Shown here: positions 9,356 through 16,789 of the stretch, piece after piece
Numbering within the stretch: the stretch's first letter is position 1
How the letters are laid out: the number at the start of each line of letters is the position of its first letter
DNA from: Pyrolobus fumarii 1A
Lineage (GTDB): Archaea > Thermoproteota > Thermoprotei_A > Sulfolobales > Pyrodictiaceae
Direction: 5' to 3'
Length of the DNA: 32,000 nucleotides
NCBI RefSeq assembly: GCF_000223395.1
Contig: NC_015931.1
Location: 1,380,001-1,412,000 of the forward strand
Notes under the pieces: model-generated
The model's input: only the letters and a program-made list of their open reading frames with translations
The model's database searches: none
Told to the model about the DNA's origin: nothing
Translations under genes and position numbers: made by a program

Positions 9356-9910
9356 TTGGACAAACCAGGTAGAGGCTTTGAAAAAGAGCCCATAGACGAG
9401 AAAGATCCCAGCATAGACACCGAGGCGCTACTTTACGTGCTTGAGGAGGTTCCTGGCAGGCTGGCACCGTACGTGCCAACACCACATTGGCTTCTTGACA
9501 CAATATCCGAGATTCTCAAAGACATTATGAGAGACACTAGGCTGGATATAGTATACGAGCCTGGGTGTGGTGCTGGCGAGGCAGCCGCAAAAATTGAAGA
9601 AAGTGTACATCCACGCCACTACATATGCTTAGAGATAGACGCATCGCTAGCCAAGATAGCGCGTACAAAGTTGACTACAGGGGATGTGGTTGTAGCCGAC
9701 TTGCGTAACCCTCCCCTGCGTCCACACCCCTTGCTCATCTACTCGTATTTGCTCCCTAGGCCTTTGGAGTACGTGATACAGAAGGCCGAGAAGGGCTCAG
9801 TGATCGTAAGCCTGGAGTACCGAGCGGAACATGCAGAAGTCAAAAAGGAGATTGTGTATCGTATCGAGACGCCACTCACAACACACCATGTGATAGTCTA
9901 CATGGTTTAG
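9356..9910 (+). CDS. small class I SAM-dependent methyltransferase-like protein
   Basis: Motif I is VYEPGCGAGE, followed by ICLEID and VVADL. I chose the TTG at 9356, preceded by GGGAGGGAAG. The listed ORF from 9017 overlaps cca. Confidence 0.6.
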   Translation: MDKPGRGFEKEPIDEKDPSIDTEALLYVLEEVPGRLAPYVPTPHWLLDTISEILKDIMRDTRLDIVYEPGCGAGEAAAKIEESVHPRHYICLEIDASLAKIARTKLTTGDVVVADLRNPPLRPHPLLIYSYLLPRPLEYVIQKAEKGSVIVSLEYRAEHAEVKKEIVYRIETPLTTHHVIVYMV

Positions 9911-9916
9911 ACTGGT

Positions 9917-10597
9917 TTAGGCGTGCGCCTCCTGCCCAGAAGCTAGCGTGCCCGCACTTGGAACCTCTGGGAATTGCTCGCGTAGCTTCTGCTCGGCGAG
10001 CAGGGCAGCCTCCTGTAGTATCTTTCGTGCCTCGCCGCTTGCAGCGGCGGAGACACTGGTCATTGATATGAACTCTCCGCTCTCTACTACTATCGAGTTC
10101 AGAGTCTCTTCTAGATCCATTAGCTCGAGGCTGAGCATCGGCATCACACCTCTTACATAGGCCTTTAGCTCGTGGATTATCCCTGCAAGCGGCGCTATCG
10201 CCGCCATAGTGTCGCCCAGCGTCATTACAGTCTCTAGACGGAGGCTGACCTGCTCAAGTGCAAGCTTTACTATCATGAGCTGCTTTATCGCCTTCCTGAT
10301 TTCCGCAACCTCAGTCGCGTATACAGCCGCCCTCTGCTTGTCACCCTGCTGCAGCGCCTCCACGACCCTTTCGAACAGCATCGCATCCCTCTCACGCAGC
10401 CTCGCTATGTGAGCCTCGAGCCTTGTTACCATAGCCTTTATCTTGTAGTTGACCACCATGAGCTTGTAACGTATCGGCTCACGGTTGACTACATCACGTA
10501 TCCTCTGACGAAAGCTCTTCTTTGGCTCCGGGTTCCAGGCCTTCACAAACTTGTCTATGTTCACGCCGCGGCACCAGCCTAACTCTACCGACGACAC
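9917..10597 (-). CDS. ESCRT-III (Snf7/CdvB-family) protein
   Basis: Helical-hairpin pattern RLRERDAMLFERVVEALQQGDKQRAAVYATEVAEIRKAIKQL..LEQVSLRLETV resembles crenarchaeal CdvB. C-terminal FPEVP at 9959-9973. Start is GTG at 10597, or alternatively GTG at 10564. Confidence 0.7.
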   Translation of the reverse strand: MSSVELGWCRGVNIDKFVKAWNPEPKKSFRQRIRDVVNREPIRYKLMVVNYKIKAMVTRLEAHIARLRERDAMLFERVVEALQQGDKQRAAVYATEVAEIRKAIKQLMIVKLALEQVSLRLETVMTLGDTMAAIAPLAGIIHELKAYVRGVMPMLSLELMDLEETLNSIVVESGEFISMTSVSAAASGEARKILQEAALLAEQKLREQFPEVPSAGTLASGQEAHA

Positions 10598-10610
10598 TCA
10601 CAAGCTTGTA

Positions 10611-10889
10611 TCAGGGGTGGTAACACACACGTTTGTCTCCAACCTCGATGCACACCCTCTCAACGCGCTCAACGTCCCTAAGTCTAAGCCTAACCTCTCC
10701 TCCAGGCAAGAGCCCCAAGTCAAGCTTTACACGCTCAACAGCACGTCTAGGTTCAGAGCGCGGCTCGCGACGATCATAGGATAGAGGAGTTAAGAGGTAT
10801 TCCATCTCAACAGTGTCTATGCGCACACTCTCGTTACTCTCGTTCCGTATGATTAACCTTCCATTCTCTACACGCACACTAAACCTCAA
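10611..10889 (-). CDS. hypothetical beta-rich small protein (92 aa)
   Basis: TTG-initiated ORF ending 13 nt before the ESCRT-III start. Composition is typical of the local proteins. No family recognised and the start is uncertain. Confidence 0.4.
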   Translation of the reverse strand: MRFSVRVENGRLIIRNESNESVRIDTVEMEYLLTPLSYDRREPRSEPRRAVERVKLDLGLLPGGEVRLRLRDVERVERVCIEVGDKRVCYHP

Positions 10890-10963
10890 GAGCCTCAGCC
10901 CCCTCCGGATGGGGCCTTACTCATCGCTTAACGCTCGTACGCGGACCCACTCATCACCGGCTC
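10890..10963 (-). ncRNA. candidate C/D-box sRNA (atypical)
   Basis: The minus strand reads GAGCC-G-GUGAUGA-12nt-ACGA-GCGUUAA-GCGAUGA-22nt-CUGA-GGCUC. It has a perfect C box, a perfect D box and a complementary 5-bp terminal stem. The D'/C' boxes are degenerate and the second spacer is too long. Confidence 0.4.
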
Positions 10964-11012
10964 GGGTTGTTAAACCCCCAGCCACCATTCATTACCCTGG
11001 CCTCGGCGGGTG

Positions 11013-11054
11013 GACCCCCAACAGGGGCCGCATGCCCCAACGGATGAGGGGGTC
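11013..11054 (-). ncRNA. nested GC hairpin with an asymmetric internal loop (structured RNA candidate)
   Basis: The minus strand reads GACCCCC-UCAUCCGUU-GGGGC-AUGCG-GCCCC-UGUU-GGGGGUC (7 bp + 5 bp), read directly. It has the same layout as 27264-27309. Confidence 0.4.
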
Positions 11055-11103
11055 TGCTCTAGCCTATGGGCCCGGGTGTACAACTCGCCTAACCCACTGC
11101 TTG

Positions 11104-11847
11104 TCATATCATCCACTCGGGGAGCGGCTCACCTGGCTTGAAGAACCTCAGCGGCTTGATGCCAACACGCCTAAGACGCTCACGTACATGCGGGTATAGT
11201 ATCACATATTCCGGGTCGAGGTTCTCAACAAGTGCTGGGTGTATCTCGCTAAGCATTCTGATAAACTTGCGTATATCCTCGTCACGATCAAAACTCATCA
11301 TTAGAGCCGGGTAGACCTCGTCGCCAGGCTTTAACCCCTCTTCTATTAGCGTTCTCAACGCTTCTACCTGCACATACCAATAGCGCCTATCGACAAGCGT
11401 TATGCGCTCGAAGGTTTCTGGTTTAGCTCCTTTAATCGATACTCTCACCTCTATGCTACCCATAGACGCGAGATCGGCTATACTACGCGCAAGACGTCTA
11501 TCAAGGCCTATCAGCACACCATTAGTCTCTAGTATGAAGTGTAGCTTGTAATCACTGACTATGATCTTAGCCGCTTTGAGCATATGCTCGAACCATGCTA
11601 TTGTAGGCTCAGCCCCGCTAACACGCACCTGCCTTACTCGCCGCCTCATACAGAGCTCGTATAGCTTCTCAGCTACTTCCTCGGGTCTCGTCAGCTTGCC
11701 GGGTGTGTTAGGGTCCCTGCTGCGCGACCAGCAGAACACGCATCTGAAGTTACACCCGATGACGTCTGCTGTTGCTACACCACCGTACCAACGGTCAACG
11801 CGGAATCTGTAATAACGGCGTTTATCGCCATGTGTTGTAAGCTTCAC
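11104..11847 (-). CDS. small radical SAM protein (QueE/activase-like size class)
   Basis: CNFRCVFC (CX3CX2C) at nt 11731-11754 and a SGAEPTI glycine-rich motif. 247 aa, GTG start. Confidence 0.8.
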   Translation of the reverse strand: MKLTTHGDKRRYYRFRVDRWYGGVATADVIGCNFRCVFCWSRSRDPNTPGKLTRPEEVAEKLYELCMRRRVRQVRVSGAEPTIAWFEHMLKAAKIIVSDYKLHFILETNGVLIGLDRRLARSIADLASMGSIEVRVSIKGAKPETFERITLVDRRYWYVQVEALRTLIEEGLKPGDEVYPALMMSFDRDEDIRKFIRMLSEIHPALVENLDPEYVILYPHVRERLRRVGIKPLRFFKPGEPLPEWMI

Positions 11848-12063
11848 GGCTAGACTGGTAAGGTTTCGGGCATCAAAGGGCAGGGTCTACACCTCCTGTG
11901 GGGTCGGCAACCGGTGCACCATTCATCCCCCTGTACGCCGGGTCTATAGACGGGGTTTCTCCTCAACCCCCGACCTCGGGTTAAGATGGTAGGGGATGAT
12001 GTAGATTGCACGTCCCGGAGCCGGGCATGCCGGCGATGGTGAGCCTCCACCGGTGCTGACCCT
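11848..12063 (-). other. 216-nt GC-rich region with no credible ORF (leader or ncRNA candidate)
   Basis: Hairpins GGGGUU-7nt-AACCCC (11952-11970) and GCCGG-GCAUG-CCGGC (12020-12034), plus two copies of CACCGGTG. The only ORF here (99 aa) is R/C/P-rich and looks spurious. Confidence 0.35.
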
Positions 12064-13776
12064 CTATCGCATCGCTTGCGGTTCAAGATACACCCTGATA
12101 AGCTCCTCCTTAACAACATCAATAACGCGCAGGTGGAACTCCTCCGCATGCTTAAGCAGTGTCACGCCTGCATCCGCATAACCCTTCGCTACGAGCAGAG
12201 CTGCCATACGCGATGATCTAGCTGGGATAGCGTGCTTGAAACTCTCTATGTGCTCGACGAGTATCTGACGTAGGCTTGTGGATGGCGGCGGCATTGCTAT
12301 CACATTTGGCTTTGGGGAGCCCACTATTGCAACATCCCTGGTTACTCTCTCTACCCTACCTGCTCGTGGCTCGGAGAACGCCGGGTGTAGCGGAGACATT
12401 GTCAATACCGCCTTAGTTGCATGCTTCTCGAGTATTTTCGCGGCGAGTGCTGTACCGCCGCCTAGCCATTTACACCCTAGTCTATGTTCATCACCCGTCT
12501 CCTCACCCGCACAGTACATGGTTGCGCGCCACGTACCAGTATGCAGATGGACCTCTACCTCCGCATCCTCTGGCATTACCTCGTGAACATCTTCGGGTAC
12601 TATTATGTAGCCGTCGCTACGAGAGTAAGTTACTATCATGTAGCTCTCGAACTCGATTGGTATAGCGTAGGGCACTCCACTAGACTCTAGCAGCACTACA
12701 GGCTGGTACAGTCTTCTACCACGTGCACCAGGTGCAGAAACAAGCAACTTTGCTCGAAGCACGCCTTCCGGGCTGGGAGGCTCGCCGCCAGCAAGATGCC
12801 ATAATAATGGCCTTACTAGCACGCGGAACACGTTTAGAGCGGATACCGGGTTGCCCGGCAACCCTATCACAAGCTTGTCGCGCACAATCGCTACGGCTGT
12901 AGGCTTGCCAGGCTTCAATTTAAGGCCGTGTGCTACCAGCTCACCCTCGGCTTCCAGCACTCTATACACTACGTCATAGGGACCTGCCGACGTCCCTCCA
13001 GTGAACAACATCACGTCGTGGTCCCGTAGGCAATTATGGAGGGCTCGTGCCACTTGCTCCTCATCATCCGGCAATATCCCAAGGACTTTCGACGGAAACC
13101 CGTCCTTTTCAAGGAAGCCTCGGATGACATATGTGTTTACCTCGTAGACGTGGCCCGGAGGGAGCTGTTCACCAGGCTTTACTAGCTCTACCCCGGTAGC
13201 AGCTATACACACGCGCGGCTTGTCATAGACACGTATCGAGTCTACACCCGTGGCCGCGAGCGCACCTACGAGCTGCGGGTAGAGGAGCTGTCCACGTCTA
13301 ACAACCACTTCGCCTTCAACAATATCCGAGCCGGGCCACGCGACATTTTCGCCAAAGCCGACACTCTTGTAGATCTCTACTACACCGGCTACCTCACGCG
13401 TATACTCTACCGGGACAACAGCATCAGCACCAGAGGGGATCGGCGCGCCAGTATCAACCTCTACCGCTTCACAACCCTCTATGCGCTTACTGGGGACTTC
13501 ACCTACCCTAACCCTCTCTACAACGGGAAGCCTTACGGGAGCCGCCTCGTGCGCCCCAGCAACACAAGTATGTCTCACAGCATACCCGTCAGCGGTTGCA
13601 CGAGGCTCTGGCGGGTAGCTCACCCGCGCCGCAACATCCTCTGCAGCGATGTGCCAAACAGCCTCGTATAGATCGACGATAATCTCGCGGATTCCGCGTG
13701 GAAGCCTAGCCTTTACCTCTTCTAAAACCTCCTCGGGGGCCCTTAATCGAGGAAATAGCTTCCGCCTATCCCTCAT
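12064..13776 (-). CDS. moeA: MoeA-type molybdopterin molybdenum/tungsten transferase fused to a C-terminal periplasmic-binding-protein-like domain
   Basis: DGYAVR, GAPIPSGADAVVPVE and TGGTSAGPYD. The C-terminal ~170 aa end in KGYADAGVTLLKHAEEFHLRVI, as in MoeA-PBP fusions. Confidence 0.8.
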   Translation of the reverse strand: MRDRRKLFPRLRAPEEVLEEVKARLPRGIREIIVDLYEAVWHIAAEDVAARVSYPPEPRATADGYAVRHTCVAGAHEAAPVRLPVVERVRVGEVPSKRIEGCEAVEVDTGAPIPSGADAVVPVEYTREVAGVVEIYKSVGFGENVAWPGSDIVEGEVVVRRGQLLYPQLVGALAATGVDSIRVYDKPRVCIAATGVELVKPGEQLPPGHVYEVNTYVIRGFLEKDGFPSKVLGILPDDEEQVARALHNCLRDHDVMLFTGGTSAGPYDVVYRVLEAEGELVAHGLKLKPGKPTAVAIVRDKLVIGLPGNPVSALNVFRVLVRPLLWHLAGGEPPSPEGVLRAKLLVSAPGARGRRLYQPVVLLESSGVPYAIPIEFESYMIVTYSRSDGYIIVPEDVHEVMPEDAEVEVHLHTGTWRATMYCAGEETGDEHRLGCKWLGGGTALAAKILEKHATKAVLTMSPLHPAFSEPRAGRVERVTRDVAIVGSPKPNVIAMPPPSTSLRQILVEHIESFKHAIPARSSRMAALLVAKGYADAGVTLLKHAEEFHLRVIDVVKEELIRVYLEPQAMR

Positions 13777-15058
13777 TACTCCCGCCTTCGCCCATGCACG
13801 GTGGTATAATCGGGTGTAGTAAGAACACTTCTGCCAGGCTACCCTCGTCGTACCCTGTTACATCCTCGCTCATGAGCAGCACGGCGTTACCCTCAACGAG
13901 TGTTGACAGAACGCCGCTACCGGTGGTACGGAGAGGTTTAACCATCAGGCCATCACTACCTAGGCATAGGTGCACACGTACAACGTCCATTACACCGGCT
14001 GGCGAAGTAACCCTCCTCTCTATCCTACCAATCAACCGAGGGTCTGGAGGCCACCTAATGCCGTACACCCCGTACACTATGCGCTCTATCACTGTGTAAA
14101 CTTGAGCCCACGCTGCCACCGGGAAGCCACTCAGCGAGGCAACAAGCTTGCCGCCCACGATACCGAGGCCTAGTGGCCTACCCGGTCTTAGGAGGAAGCC
14201 GTGGACGAGCCACCCTCCTTCGCCCTTAACGTATGATGATAGTACCTCAATAGTGTAGTCACGATCGCCTACACTAGACCCGCCGATAGCCATGACGATC
14301 TCTGCGCTCTCTAAGCCCTTCTCAAGCATCTCGCGTATAGCGTTAGGGTCGTCACCCACGTGCCCCAAGTCAATCACGTGGAAGCCTCTAGAGCGCAGAT
14401 AAGCCACAATCATCGGGCGCGTTGAGTTGAACACTTTGCCGGGTCTAGGTTCTGAACCAGGCTCGATAATCTCATCGCCCACACTGAAAACCGCTACACG
14501 CGGGAGTGCGAAAACTTCTATCTCGTTATACCCTTGCGCAGCTAATACACCAACATGACCCCATGTTATACGCTCGCCTTTACTAACGATAACATCACCC
14601 TTCTTGTAGTCCTCTCCACGCCTCATTATACCATAGCCTGGTGCAAAAGGCTTGTAGACGAAGAGCGCGCTACCCTCAACCCTGGCAGCTTCTACCGGGA
14701 TTACCACATCAGCACCAGTGGGTAGAGGCGAGCCCGTTGCAACCTTGTACGCTTCACCTGGCTTGATCTGAGGCGGGTTAGCCGCATCTATCCTCACCTC
14801 ACCGGCAATACGGAGTATAGCAGGGTTGGACTGCGAAGCACCCGCAACATCTATGCTCCTCACCGCAAAACCATCCAGGACGCTCTTGTCGACGGGTGGT
14901 AAGTCTAGGCGTGCACGGTACTCTCTGGCAGCATAGCCTCCAACAGCCTCTATGAGGGGTACACTCCTAGCTTCGAGCTTCCATACAGAACGCAACTCGT
15001 TGACGGCACGCTCCACCACGGACCTTATGGGGTTAAGACGTTCAAACCGACGCTTCAA
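13766..15058 (-). CDS. moeA: MoeA molybdopterin molybdenum/tungsten transferase (second paralog)
   Basis: DGFAVR, TGSPLPTGADVVIPVE and GGSSVGDRDY. TTG start. The stop overlaps the downstream moeA by 11 nt. Confidence 0.85.
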   Translation of the reverse strand: MKRRFERLNPIRSVVERAVNELRSVWKLEARSVPLIEAVGGYAAREYRARLDLPPVDKSVLDGFAVRSIDVAGASQSNPAILRIAGEVRIDAANPPQIKPGEAYKVATGSPLPTGADVVIPVEAARVEGSALFVYKPFAPGYGIMRRGEDYKKGDVIVSKGERITWGHVGVLAAQGYNEIEVFALPRVAVFSVGDEIIEPGSEPRPGKVFNSTRPMIVAYLRSRGFHVIDLGHVGDDPNAIREMLEKGLESAEIVMAIGGSSVGDRDYTIEVLSSYVKGEGGWLVHGFLLRPGRPLGLGIVGGKLVASLSGFPVAAWAQVYTVIERIVYGVYGIRWPPDPRLIGRIERRVTSPAGVMDVVRVHLCLGSDGLMVKPLRTTGSGVLSTLVEGNAVLLMSEDVTGYDEGSLAEVFLLHPIIPPCMGEGGSNEG

Positions 15059-15118
15059 GTAAGAAACCGCCCGGGGAGATAGCCAGGCTGGGCTAGGTTT
15101 AGAAGCCTCAAGTTTCTT

Positions 15119-16789
15119 TTACACTATCACCTCTATCACATGCAGTGCAAGCCATATGTATGCTACTACAAGGGTTGCCGCTACCACTATTGCTCCAATC
15201 TTTATCCACTCTTGGAACGATATGCGGAAGCCCCTCTTCTCCGCTATACCAATAGCCACAATGTTAGCAGTGCTACCAATGATGGTCAAGTTGCCACCCA
15301 TGGTGCCGCCGAATAACAGGCTCCAAGGCAGCATTTCACCACCCGGCAACTCTATACTCATTAGCGTTTTCGCTACTGGCGAGAGCGCAACTATAATCGG
15401 CATGTTGTCGACGAAGCCGCTCGCGACGGCCGTGACTACTAGAACTAGTAGGTTAGCATTAAGGCCTGTCCAGACGTTCATCTCGCCCCCCACTGCCGCG
15501 AGTATCAGGTAGGCTAGGACGTCTGTGACGCCGGTATAACTGAGGGTGGCTGCCTCAGCAAATAGGAACATGAAGAATAGCAGCGCCCACCATTCGACGC
15601 GCTCCTCTACTAGCTTTCTCGCAGAGAACCCGGTTCTAGCTATCACAATTGCCGCGGATATCACGGGTACAATCACTAGCATATCGTGCGGCGTTACGTA
15701 CATCATATGCTTCGCATTTTCGCCGTACAAGGCTGTAAGGATTATCTGCACTAACACCGCTAGTTCTGTGTGAAGCGCTATACCTAGTATCGTCAGGACG
15801 AACAGCACAGCCGATAGGTAGAAGTCGGTTTTGTTCTTTACCTCGGCCCACGGGTCAAGCTCTATACGCTTGCCCAACGCTCTCTTCATCTTTCCTATTT
15901 CGCCCCGTCTCTCGAGATAGCGCAATGATATCGGGTACGCCACTAGGAGAGCTGTAAAGGCAGCTGGCGATGCGTAGCGCAGGAAGTCTGTGAAGCCTTT
16001 CTCGAAGAACAGGCCTATGTAGATGCCTATGGGGTTGCCTATCATAGTCGCGGCACTGCCAAGGTTTGTCGCAAATACCGCTACTATGAGCCATGGTATA
16101 GGATTAAGGCCCAGCAGTTCAGCCGTCTCCAACACCAGTAAGGTAACATACACTATGCTGGATACCTCGTCTACAAGCGCGGCTAACACGAACGACAGTA
16201 GCATGAGTATGAAGAGGAATCTGGTAGGACTGCCTCCTGCTAACGCTACAACCTTAACTGTTATGAAGCGCAGGAAGCCGCTCTCTTTCAAGTAGCCAAC
16301 GACAATCATCATAGATATGAGGAATAGTATCAAGCCTAGCTCCATACTCTCAAGTGCCATGCGGAATGGCAATACGCCAGTTAGTATCAGCGCAACGAAG
16401 CCTAGGAAGACTGCTGCTACCCTACGCTCCCAGAAGGTTATAGCTGCGAGTATTGACACGTAGAATATCACTGCCGCTATTGTCTGCTTTTGCTTCACAA
16501 CAGGATCGTTTAGAGAGACGAACTTACACAACTCACTAACGTCGATACTCCCCTTCTCAAGCGCCTCGTGTAGCACCTTACCCTCTAGCACGATTTCGAT
16601 TATGTTCTCCTTACACACCTTCTTGCTGAACACCTTGTGAATAATTAGGAACTCTTCCGTCTCAGGCACATGGAGTGAGGGTAACAGTGCAGCTATGATA
16701 GCCGATCCTATAATCGCTAGCAACACAAACGTCACTATCTTCCTCCTACTAACGCCCTCATTCACATGACTCTCCATCAACATCGCCAC
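15119..16789 (-). CDS. polytopic permease, ArsB/NhaD/CitMHS (ion transporter) superfamily
   Basis: 556 aa with more than 10 hydrophobic segments and an internal repeat-like architecture. A soluble insert follows the first helix. Substrate unknown. Confidence 0.65.
   Translation of the reverse strand: MAMLMESHVNEGVSRRKIVTFVLLAIIGSAIIAALLPSLHVPETEEFLIIHKVFSKKVCKENIIEIVLEGKVLHEALEKGSIDVSELCKFVSLNDPVVKQKQTIAAVIFYVSILAAITFWERRVAAVFLGFVALILTGVLPFRMALESMELGLILFLISMMIVVGYLKESGFLRFITVKVVALAGGSPTRFLFILMLLSFVLAALVDEVSSIVYVTLLVLETAELLGLNPIPWLIVAVFATNLGSAATMIGNPIGIYIGLFFEKGFTDFLRYASPAAFTALLVAYPISLRYLERRGEIGKMKRALGKRIELDPWAEVKNKTDFYLSAVLFVLTILGIALHTELAVLVQIILTALYGENAKHMMYVTPHDMLVIVPVISAAIVIARTGFSARKLVEERVEWWALLFFMFLFAEAATLSYTGVTDVLAYLILAAVGGEMNVWTGLNANLLVLVVTAVASGFVDNMPIIVALSPVAKTLMSIELPGGEMLPWSLLFGGTMGGNLTIIGSTANIVAIGIAEKRGFRISFQEWIKIGAIVVAATLVVAYIWLALHVIEVIV

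Noticed and set aside
11013-11054. H/ACA guide RNA (hairpin with an internal-loop pocket); the same applies to 27264-27309
   Set aside because: No ACA box follows the lower stem, the 3' pocket strand is only 4-5 nt, and the upper stem has no K-turn or K-loop GA pairs.
10890-12063. RNase P RNA. AUGAAUG resembles CR-IV, GAGGAGAAACCCC resembles CR-I, and ACAGGAGGUGUAGA resembles CR-V.
   Set aside because: The canonical GAGGAAAGUCC is absent. The P4 pairing (AAG(U)CCGGG with CCCGGCUU in the E. coli model) cannot be formed in either spacer. Each spacer is only about 215 nt, and the resemblance is limited to short strings.
10890-12063. SRP (7S) RNA or 5S rRNA in the two GC-rich spacers
   Set aside because: There is no helix-8 GNAR tetraloop with flanking AGCA/GG motifs, and no 5S-type helix I end pairing or loop C/E consensus. 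Only a vague GUUAA similarity was seen.
11850-12149. 99-aa ORF spanning the GC-rich spacer and the 3' end of moeA
   Set aside because: Its R/C/P/H-rich composition is unlike the local proteins, and it overlaps the moeA C terminus. The region is better treated as non-coding.
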